Source: Chiloscyllium plagiosum (lineage: Eukaryota). From it: DNA of 20,000 bases. The position numbers were made by a program, and so were the translations under genes. Location: contig NC_057751.1 in assembly GCF_004010195.1 (NCBI RefSeq), positions 13,904,670 through 13,924,669 on the forward strand. The letters run 5' to 3'. Under the pieces are notes generated by a model that had not been told where the DNA came from, did not search any database, and worked only from the letters and a program-made list of their open reading frames with translations. Positions 1 to 9,285 of this stretch are shown one piece after another. Positions within the stretch are counted from its first letter, which is position 1. Each line of letters begins with the position of its first letter.

Positions 1-330
1 CGAAAAAGAGGGAGGTTTAAAGGGCTATCTTAAGGGACGAAAGAACAAATTGAAAGATGGAGAGGTCTGGGGAGAGAATTCCAGAGCTTGGGAATAAGGC
101 AGGTGAAAGCTAAGCCCCCAGTGATGGGAGTGATTAAAATCAGAGCTGCTGAAAATGCTATAGTTAGATGACAGCATACATCTCAGATGCTTATGGGGCT
201 GAAGGGAATAACAGAGGTAGGGGAGGGTGAGGGGCTCGAAGCAGTTGATGTCAGGGATGAGAATTTTAAATTGAAGGGGTTGCTTAACTGTGAGCCAAAT
301 GAAAACGGGGCTGGGGGTGGGGTGGAGGTG
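1..330 (-). mobile_element. Old L2-clade LINE 3' fragment (boundaries approximate)
   Basis: Motifs gagaattccagagcttggg and gggatgagaattttaaattgaagg resemble the reverse complement of the fish/shark L2 3' region as I remember it. A related opposite-strand copy lies at ~17970-18371. Confidence 0.55.
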
Positions 331-1854
331 AAGTGGACAGGTGAACAGGACTTGTTGTGAGTAAGGACACCGTCACTTGAGTAAAGCAAGTAACTTCACG
401 TGACAGGTAGACACTGGATCATATTGGCCTCATGGAGTCATAAACTTTATGTGATTAGAATTTCCTGCAGGAAGACAGTCATGACTTTTCCAAGGCCAGA
501 TTTAAACACTTAACCATTTGAACTACCACTTTTTCTCCCCTTCCCCCCACTCCCCCAAGCACCTTCCCATGACTGGAATTTGAACTCAGCCTCTGCAAGA
601 TGCCGACCCTGAACATCAAGTTCATGTGAAGCATTGTTGCCTCTGATCCATTGGTCTGTCCAGCTCAGTTATTGTTTCCAGCAGGAAAGATTTGTCAGCG
701 TTTTAGAATCAGGTGAATTCTGCTCCATTGATTTCCATCCTGTCTCCTTCCACTGCTGTGACTAATCTTACCATTAGCTGTTCTTGAGCTGATGCAGTAT
801 AAAGCCGAGCAGACAGGACGATGATTCATGCTATTGATTTATAGATTTCCAAGTAGTCTTTTACTGACAGTCATAGACACAATTCAAACAATAACAATTA
901 CCACTTTTATCCTTGCTTCAACACATCTCACAGCCATTGTATAGCTTAAACACAGGATTGAGAGTACAGGGGTATCCCAGTAATGCCACAACAAAGAGCA
1001 CAGCCTAAGATGTATCAGGTCACACATACTAGTTCAAGGGTCACTGTCATCTTGCAGTGATATTGTGTAGAGGAATCTGTGTAAGGTTGAAACAAAGGTC
1101 CTCTGACATGGCAGAAAGGTAGAAGCTTGTTCTAGTTTCCACAGCTGCGATTCCATGCAGTCCTCAGATACCAGCTTGTGACGGCACTTTAGCAGTGGCT
1201 GTTAACGTCAAGAAACATGGACATCACTTGTCACTTTTAACTGGTCTATTCCACATGCACAGAGATTTTGTGTGGAGATCACAAAGGTAAGGCAGTGTGT
1301 AGCAGTCTCGTACTGCGTTTGAAAGTGACAGGAAGTTTCATGACGATGTGCATCTCCACAGCTCGTGGACATCATATGGTTCGGTTACCGCCCTGTCGGG
1401 AGGTGTGCAGTGCAAAATCAAACCCACTGTTCCACAAGTCATCGCAAGTGTGAAATATGACTAATGTGATGACCAGGGTGGTCAATACCTGTCTGAAATA
1501 AAATAAACCTCACATCAGGTTTCATCAATTGACAAGAAACACAACCTGAAATGTGACAAAGATTATTAATGACAAATAAAAACTGTAACTGCACTCCCTT
1601 TAAATCCAAGCATGCACACAATCATTCACATGTAAGGCGGACGAGATAGACGGTTTCACAGGGATATTGTGGGTGGCAAATATTGGCAAAACATTTGTGA
1701 ATCAAGAGTCCAACCCACAAGGTGAAACGAGGTGCCTTTCTCACAGGTCTTTTAGTTTTTGGTAATTTATCGTATTGTTGTTGAACACTTGGTGTAGACA
1801 GTGGCATACATTAGAAATGTATCTTTTGAGACGTTTTGATTTCCAGTCACAGAA

Positions 1855-1880
1855 GTGTGTGTCTCTGTGTGTGTGTGTGT
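1855..1880. repeat. Interrupted (GT)n microsatellite
   Basis: gtgtgtgtctctgtgtgtgtgtgtgt seen directly. Confidence 0.8.
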
Positions 1881-2099
1881 AAGTGTATAAAGTTACTTGC
1901 TCCTGTGTCTACCTTTTCTCCCTACTATCACAGGGATACTACTCACTGTAACTGCGCACACCTCTCACCTAAGCTCATGGACACCAACTGTCACTGTTTT
2001 ATGTCTCATGTCCACTCAACTATTCTCACCAACTGCGTTCTCCCAAACCATCCCCTTGTTTGTTTCATTGCTAATAACCAGGACCAAGAAGTCCGAGAC

Positions 2100-3800
2100 T
2101 GGTCTTGATGTCAAAGGCTGTCACTCTCACCTCACCAATGGAATTCAGCTCTTTTATCCATGTTTGAACCAAGGCTGGAATGAAGTCAGGAACTGAGTGG
2201 ATCAAATCAGATGTCAGTGAGCAGGTTATTGCTGAAAATGACAGCACTATTGATGACACCTTCCAGCACTTTACTGATGATCAACAGTAGACTGGATAGG
2301 GTGGAGTTGGGTGGGTTGGATTTGTCCTGCTTTTTGTATGGAGGACGTATCTGGGCAACTTTTGACATTGTCGAGTAGACGCCAGTGTTGTAACTGTACT
2401 GGAGCAGCTTGGTTAGGGGTACGGTGAGGTTTAGAGCACAAGTCTTCAGTACTGTTGCCAGAATGTTGTCAGGGCCGAAAGTAGTACCTTCAACCATTTC
2501 TTGCTATCATGCGGAGTGAATCTAATTTTATGAAGACCGGTCTCTGTATTGGCAGGCACCACTAGATGAGGCTGAGATAGATCATCCACTTAGCATTTCT
2601 GACTGAATATTGTTGCAAAAGTTGCAAGCATTATCTTTTGCACTCATGCTGTGCTCCTCCACTATTGAGCATGGGGATATTTGTTGAGTCTCCTCCTCCA
2701 GTGAGTTTTTTTTTAATTGTCCATCACCATTCATAACTGGATGTGGCAGGAATGCAAAGCTTAGATCTGATTCATTAGCTGTGGATTTGCTGACCCCACT
2801 TGCTGTTTGTGGTATTGGATGTGTAAGTGCTCTTGAGTTATTGCTATACCAGGTTGACATCCAATTTTTTAGGTTCCTGGCTTCTACATTCTTCATTGAA
2901 CAGACTGATCTCTTGGCTTGATGGGAGAGGAGGAGATATACTGGGCCAAGAGATTGCAGATTGTGTATGAGTATGATTCTACTTCTAATGATGACCACAG
3001 CACCTCAGCCTGGTCTTGAGTAGCTACATCTGTTCAACACCTGCCCCATTTTGCACAGTGATGATGCCACACACCACAATGGAGGGTATGCTCAATGTGA
3101 AAATAGGACTGCATTTCCACAAGGATAGTTACCGATCTGTAGCAGGCTATTGGTACGGATGAGGTCAAGTGTGTTTCTTCTTGGTTCCCTCACTACATGC
3201 CACTGACCAAGTCCAACAGCTGTGTCCTTTAGTCGAGTTAGTAATGGTGGTGTGAAGCCATTCTTTATATGGAAGTCCCTATTCAGAGCATATTCTGTGC
3301 CCTTGCCATGGTCAGTAGTTCCTCTGAGTGGTGTGCAACATGAAGGAGTAGTGGTTCATCAGCCGAGAGGAGGTAGGACATGGTAACCAGCAATAGGTTT
3401 TCTTGCCCATGTTTAACCTGAAGCCATGAGACTTCATGAGGGTCTGGAGTCAGTGTTGAGGACTCTCAAGGTACTCCCTTCCAACTGTATATCATAGTGC
3501 CGCCCTCTCAGCTGGGTCTGTCCTGCCAGTGGAACAAGATATATCCAGGGATGGTGGTAGTGATGTCTAGGACATTGTCTGAAGGGTATAATTCCATGAG
3601 TTGGGCTATTGCTAGACTTGTTTGTGAGACAGCTGTCCCAATTTTGACGCTAGTCCCCAGATATTGGGAGAAAATATTTGGAGAGTCAACATGGCATTGT
3701 TTGTTGGCATCATTGCCATTTCTTTTCATCGGTGTCAGGGGTTACTTCACTATCATTCCACTTTTCCTTTCTCGGTGATGTAACTGAGTGACTAACTGGG
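2100..3800 (-). mobile_element. Decayed CR1/Jockey-group LINE ORF2 (APE endonuclease to N-terminal RT), 3'-truncated and frameshifted
   Basis: Colinear minus-strand peptides: DNVLDITTTIPGYILFHWQDRPS (endonuclease N-terminus); GPDNILATVLKTCA..PLTKLLQYSYNTGVY..KKQDKSNP..SLLLIISKVLEGVIN (RT domains 0-2); HSVPDFIPALVQTWIKELNSIGEVRVTAFDIK (RT domain 3). Confidence 0.9.
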
Positions 3801-3802
3801 TC

Positions 3803-4008
3803 GCAAGAAGTACTGCAGATGCTGGAAGTCAGAGTCAATAAATGTGAAGCTGGAAAAACACAGCAGGTCAGACAGCATCCGAGGAGCAGGCAAGTCAACA
3901 TTTCAGAGTCCTATTGAAGGGTTTCACCTGAAACGTTGACTTGCCTGCTCCTCGAATACTGTCTATCTACTAGGTTTTTCCAGCTTCACATCTATTGACT
4001 CTGACTTT
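3803..4008. mobile_element. Palindromic non-autonomous Penelope-like element (inverted termini)
   Basis: Inverted repeat 3826-3906 / 3928-4007 (aagtcagagtcaata...tattgactctgactt; gaggagcaggcaagtcaac / gttgacttgcctgctcctc). Starts with ctgcagatgctgga and has a hammerhead-like centre. It interrupts the host element between 3802 and 4009. Confidence 0.7.
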
Positions 4009-4443
4009 GTGGCCCATTTCAGAGGGCAAGTAAGGAGAATCAAGCACATTGTTGTGAGTTTGGAATCAAATAGACCTCAGGTAAAGACAGCTGACCTCTT
4101 CCATAAAGGGCATTACAAAAACACCAAAGTGAACCATGAATTGAACAAAGGTGGACTTTGTCTCCATGCTTTTTTGCACATGATTTATAGGTGCTGGAGT
4201 ATGGCAATTTGAACACTTTTCACTGTATTTTTTGTAAAAATATAAATGACAATAAATTATGATTCTGCTCTTTTCTAGCTAGGTTTTCCGATAATTGACA
4301 ATGATTTCCTGGTCATGATTAGAGTTTTAATTCTCGATTTTTATTGGATTCGAAGTCCACTATATGACACGGATTCTGAAAGCACTATCTGGTTCTGTGG
4401 ATAACCAATTTAGCAACAATTCCACAAGGTCATGACCCGACCC
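4009..4443 (-). mobile_element. Degenerate tRNA-derived head plus body, SacSINE1/DeuSINE-like; interrupted at ~4116-4280
   Basis: Minus-strand A-box remnant TGACCTTGTGG (4422-4432) and B-box remnant TTCAGAATCC (4371-4380). The body (ccatttcagagggcaag..cacattgttgtg..ggtaaagacagc) resembles the shark Deu-type SINE consensus from memory. Confidence 0.5.
4116..4270 (+). mobile_element. Short Rex1/Babar-like LINE 3' tail
   Basis: cttttcactgta...atgacaataaa matches the Rex1 3' end at ~14400-14440 (cttttcactgtg...atgacaataaa). Confidence 0.45.
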
Positions 4444-4696
4444 AGTGTCCCCACTTTACTCCCAAACCCCAATTGACTTTGGAAATTCCTCTGCCATTGT
4501 TGGCCCTAGCCCTCCATGTTAAGATGAGAGCTCTTGTAGCCTGTTTTAATCCCACCTTTTTGGAACTCCCTGTCCACTGCTATTGTCTGTGAAGCCGCAC
4601 CCTCTTCATTGTCTTCAGAATTGATTTGTCTGTTTCCCCAAGGATTCCATGGACTCCTTATGATGTGCCCAGGACTGTTCTTCCCCAAACCCCAGG

Positions 4697-5206
4697 ACTG
4701 CAGGAAGGATTTTGTGAAACTTGAAAGGGTTCAGAAAACATTTACAGGGATGTTGCCAGGGTTGGAAGGTTTGAGCTGCAGGGAGAGGCTAAATATGCCA
4801 GGGCCGTTTTCGCTGGAGTGTTAGAGGACGTGGGGGGAACCTGTTAGAGGTTTGTAAAATCATGAGGGGCATGGATTGGGTGAATAGTCAAGATCTTTTC
4901 CCAGGGGTAGGGGATCCCAAAACGAGAGGGCATAGGTTTAAAGTGTGAGAGGAAAGATTGAAAAGGGACCTCAGGGGCAAAAGGTAGTTTGTGTATGGAA
5001 TGAGCTGCCAGAGGAAGTGGTGGAGGGTGGTACAATTACAACATTTAAAAGGCATCTGACTGGGTGTATAAATAGGAAAGGGTTTAGAGGGATATGGGTC
5101 AAGTGCTGGCAAATGAGACTAGATTAATGTAGGATATCTGGTCGGAATGGACGTGTTGGACCAAAGGGTCTGTTTCCATGCTGTACATCTCTATGACTCT
5201 ATGACT
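4697..5206 (+). mobile_element. CR1 LINE (HER1-like) 3' fragment, 5'-truncated
   Basis: Peptides RKDFVKLERVQKTFTGMLPGLEGLSCRERLN and VWNELPEEVVEGGTITTFKRHL (CR1 ORF2 C-terminus). 3' stem region ggaccaaagggtctgtttcc and (CTATGACT)2 tail at 5191-5206. Confidence 0.92.
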
Positions 5207-6264
5207 GAGCGTGGCCCATCCCCAGCACTGACCTAGCAGGAAAGACCCTCCTAAGTATGGCCAAGCCCCTGTGTTGGTGTCTCCGCAGCACCATGACCTT
5301 CATACCTCTAATGGCCAGATTGGTCACACTTGACCTGGTGAATTGACTGTGGCCCAACCCCTGGACTCTTCTTCCTCTGTTCTTCTTGGAGGGTGAAGCA
5401 TCTGATTGACTGTGGCCAGCTCCATGGACTGGAATCAGACAGAGTTGTTGACAATGATGGTACTGCTTGAAGAGCCTTGTCCATCTGACCCCACTAAAGA
5501 CCGCTCGCTCCCTGTTGACTTTTAAATATTGCCATTGGCTTGTAGCCCATGCAGAATGTTTACGATGTAAACTGATGACAGATGTTACTGGTGTCACAGT
5601 GAAGTAGCATACAGCCACACAGTCCATCCCCTCGATTATTCAGTGCTCCCTGCTATGGCAAGCTGCCTGTGCTCCCTCTGATCAATTGGCAGCCCGTCGC
5701 TGAGCACTGAAATGCAGTGTGATCTTTACAGAGCCTGCAAAGTCCCATAAGTCAACAAGTGTACACTAAAAAAGGGGACAGTCCCCAAGTCAGTGGCAAA
5801 GTGAAAGACCACAAAGGAGGCAAGCCAAGAGCCATGTGATACCTTCTGCACAGATGCACAAAATGCATATGAGAAAGATACTGAGCAAAAGCATGATGCT
5901 GTCCCTGCACTCTGCAGTGTGGAGACTGTAAACTCGAGTAAAGAGAACAAGAATGGTTCTTACCATTGATGAAATGTTGAGGTGGAATAGGAGACATGTC
6001 GCATATATAGAGACATTGCTGGAAAGAAACACTCAGATAATGGCAAGGATGAGCAAGCTGCAGTTGCCAAGTCCCCAGTGTGATGCCAGGAATGTGCAGT
6101 GTCTAGTTTCAAGGGAATGAAAAGAGAATTGGAAGTGGCGAAGAAATAAGGTGAGTTAACGTAATAATAAGGTGCAAATGCGTGAAACAAGGTAGCTGCT
6201 ACTTCTTGGTGAGATTCTGAAGTTGCTATTTCAGGCTTAAGGGAAAAATCACAAATGTTATTTC

Positions 6265-6515
6265 TTAAAAATCACACAACACCAGATTATAGTCCAACAG
6301 GTTGATTTGGAAGCACTTGCATCCGAAGCGCTGCTCCTTCATCAGGTGGCTGTGGAGTGTAAGATCAAAAGACTTCACAACTTCACAACCACCTGATGAA
6401 GGAGTAGCGCTCTGAAAGCTAGTGTGCTTCCAAATAAACCTGTTGGCCTATAACCTGGTGTTGTTTGATTTTTAACTTTGTATACCCGAGTCCAACACCG
6501 GCGCCTCCAAATCAT
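6265..6515. mobile_element. Penelope-like element remnant with inverted termini
   Basis: Inverted arms 6265-6357 / 6381-6475, with the right arm extended ~40 bp. Candidate TSD atgttatttctt (6255-6266) / atgttttttctt (6514-6525), 11 of 12 matching. Confidence 0.75.
6390..6424 (+). ncRNA. Minimal type I hammerhead ribozyme motif (Penelope type)
   Basis: cac-CTGATGA-a-ggagt(agc)gctct-GAAA-gc-TA-gtg: stem I cac/gtg, core CUGAUGA 6393-6399, stem II 6401-6413, GAAA 6414-6417, palindromic AGCT as helix III, cleavage triplet CUA 6419-6421. Confidence 0.6.
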
Positions 6516-6929
6516 GTTTTTTCTTGTCATCAAGGGTTTCTTTTAATATGGTGTTTTCCCAACTTGCTTACCATCGCTTACCAGCGAGAGTGGAATTGTG
6601 CCAGTTGTGTTAGAATATGGTGATAAGGTGTACTGTAGAATAAAATGTTCTTGTAATTCGCAATCCTAAATATATTTATAGACAAGCAAAGTTCCATTTT
6701 CATTGGTTATGGTAATTCTTTTTCTTTATTCAGGGGATGTAAGCATTGCTGAGAGCTTTGGAAAGGTATTTATGAACTCTATTTCTTGAACCGTTGTAGT
6801 ACATGCAAACTCAGGGGTGAGGTTTCTGAGTTGTGGGAGCGAGTCTTAGTAGGCTCAAATTTGCTACTGGGTACAGCCCAGAAGGGGCAAAATTATTTCC
6901 CCAGGGCTGACAAAATTCAGGGAATCACA

Positions 6930-8680
6930 GGAAGTATAACATCACAAATGAGGCTATTCAGTGAATTGTGTCTGCACCAACTCTCCAAATGAACATCTTA
7001 ACTGAGTGGTATCCTCCTGTTTTTTCACTTCAACCTTGATTTCTATTTGAATAGTTATCCAATACCCTCTTGAATATCCTGAACCATCTCGAAGACAATT
7101 TCCCCTGCATTCTGGACCCAAACCATTTGTGTGAAAATATCATTTTTTGCATGATTTGCTTCTTTTGCAAATCAGTTTAAATCTGTCCCCTCCTGTTCTT
7201 TAACAAATGGCAACAGATTCTCCTCATATGTTCTAACCACTCCCCTCATAATTTTGAAACCTTCTGGCAGACCTCCTCTCAGTCTCCTTCCCCAAGGAGA
7301 ACAGTCCCAACCTCTCCAATCCAACTCGTAACTGAAGTCTCTCATCCCACGAACCATATTTGTAAATCACTTCTGAAGCCTCTCCAATGCTTCCACATCC
7401 TTCCTATAGTGCATTACCAGGAAGTGTACATAATACTCCCAACTGAGGTCTGTACAACCATCTTCTACAAGTTCAACATCATCACCTTGCTCTTATATCT
7501 TATGCCCCTGTTAATAAAGCCCAGGAGAATACATACTTTATTAACTGCCCTCCACTTGCTCTGCCACCTTCAGTGATTTATGCACAGAACACCCAGACTC
7601 CTCCGCACCCCTTTCGAATTGTACTCCTTATTTAAATTGTCTGTCCAAGTCCTTGCTTCTAAAATGCATCATCTCACACTCGTCTCATTGAACTTCATCT
7701 GCCATGTCTCTGCCCACTCCATCAACCTGCCAATGTCCTTTTCAAATCCTAATCTATCCTCCTCAATTTATAATGCTTCAAAGTTTCACATCAGCCACAA
7801 ATAAATAAGTCAATTAAACAGGGTTTCCTCTTTAGAGATACATGTGGCTTTAGGTCATCAACCCATCTTTTACATGTGACTAGTATTTCTATCCCTAATA
7901 ATTGTTTCTAGAAGTTTCCCCATCACTGAAATTGAATTGATTCATCTGTAGTTACTGGGCTTATCCTTACAACCATTTTAGACAAGAACATAATGTCCTT
8001 AATTCTCAGCACGGTGGCTCAGTGGTTAGCACTGCTGCCTCACAGCACCAGGGACCTGGGTTCGATTCCAGTCTGTGTGGAGTTTGCACATTCTCCCTGT
8101 GTCTGCGTGGATTTCCTCCCACAATCCAAAGATGTGCAGGCCAGGTGAATTGGCCATACTGAATGACCTAGTCAGGGGTAAATGTAGGCTAGGTGAATGG
8201 GTCTGGGTGGATTACACTTCAGAGGGTTGATGTGGACTAGTTGGGCATACTGGAGGAAATCTAATCTAATCGAATTCTCCAATCTTCTGGAAACTTCCCT
8301 GAGTCTGAGGAAGACTGGGATATTGCCAGTGCTCTTTGTATTTCCACTCTGACTTCCTTCAATATTCTTGGATGCATCTCATTTAGTCTCAAAATAAAGT
8401 GCCAACAGTCTATCCACCATTTCCCCCTTGTTAATTTTCAGCCTTTCTCCTCCTCAGTCACAATGGCCTGAGTACCATTATCTCTCTCGTAATAATAAAT
8501 GCAAAGTATTCATTTAATACCTCAGCCATGCCTCTTACCTGCATGTCTAAACCCTCTTTTTGGTCCCTGCTTGGTTCTGTTTCTCCTTTTACCACTCCAC
8601 TATTTGTAAGCCTCCAAAATTCTTTGGAATTCCCCCTTCATGTTTGCTTGCAGTCTTTTCACAGGATTCCTCTTTCCGTG
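6930..8680 (-). mobile_element. Old CR1 LINE ORF2/3' fragment with internal deletions, interrupted by a SINE at 8008-8272
   Basis: Minus-strand peptide MVRGMRDFSY..RRLRGGLPEGFKIMRG. Further CR1 motifs read in reverse: ctgtagttactgggcttatcctt (KDKPSNYR) and ttccttcaatattcttggatgcatctc (EMHPRILKE). Confidence 0.85.
8008..8272 (+). mobile_element. HE1/V-SINE-type tRNA-derived SINE, older copy with internal deletions
   Basis: A box TGGCTCAGTGG 8015-8025, B box GTTCGATTCC 8060-8069, V-domain-like ctgtgtggagtttgcacattctccc, aatctaatctaat tail. TSD AATTCTC at 8001-8007 / 8273-8279. Confidence 0.92.
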
Positions 8681-9059
8681 CAGTTCCAATGCCTCTGTGA
8701 CCCCTGCGTCAGGCGTGCAGGCCGCTGGACTCACCAGGTTTTAGAAGCGTCCCTTCCACGCAGCTGAATTGTGCCTCTGTGACTCCTGGGTAAGTGGTGC
8801 CATCTCACGACTTGCCACTATTTCAAGCCTCCTGATCCAAGCTGCTCCCTTGCAGGTATGATGCTCCTCTGACTCCTGCTTTGAGTGCTACCAAGCTTTC
8901 TCGCTCCTTCTTTTCATATATTTTTGTCCTATTCAATATCTTTTTATATTTACCCCATGACTGTGATACTTGCAGTACCCTCTTCCTGATGGAATTTTAA
9001 TGCAAGCAACTCCAAAGCACCTCAGCCGAGCTCCTCAGAAGATGATTTTTTTTTTTTGG

Positions 9060-9285
9060 TCACTATTCAGCCCCATCTCTTGATTACCATTTCAGCATTT
9101 ATATGTTTCTTAAAATAAGTATGGGTTCCCTTTTTGGTTACCCACCACTCTGTCCATGCTTTCTTTGCTCTTAATTTCTTTTGGAGTATTTTCCTCCCTG
9201 TACTTTTATGTTCAACTTGATTTTTCACTGAATTATAAGCCCAACACGATATCGTATGCTTTCTGCGCTGTTTCATTTTCATGTC
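9060..9285 (-). mobile_element. Small old CR1 ORF2 linker fragment
   Basis: Minus-strand peptide KKLRAKK..KKG...YFKKHINAEMVIKRWG resembles the CR1 EN-RT linker and corresponds to the same segment as ~8560-8680. Confidence 0.55.

Noticed and set aside
1370..1492. Minus-strand frame containing TCDDLWNS, reminiscent of the SRCR motif VCDDxW
   Set aside because: The other SRCR residues (WGT, VVCRQLGC) are absent and a stop follows shortly; likely chance.
5199..5720. 142-aa minus-strand ORF / possible Harbinger Myb-SANT relic
   Set aside because: No diagnostic tryptophan pattern or terminal inverted repeats visible.
6720..6910. Possible very old minus-strand CR1-tail/Deu-SINE fragment
   Set aside because: Only short patches of similarity from memory; too degenerate to call.
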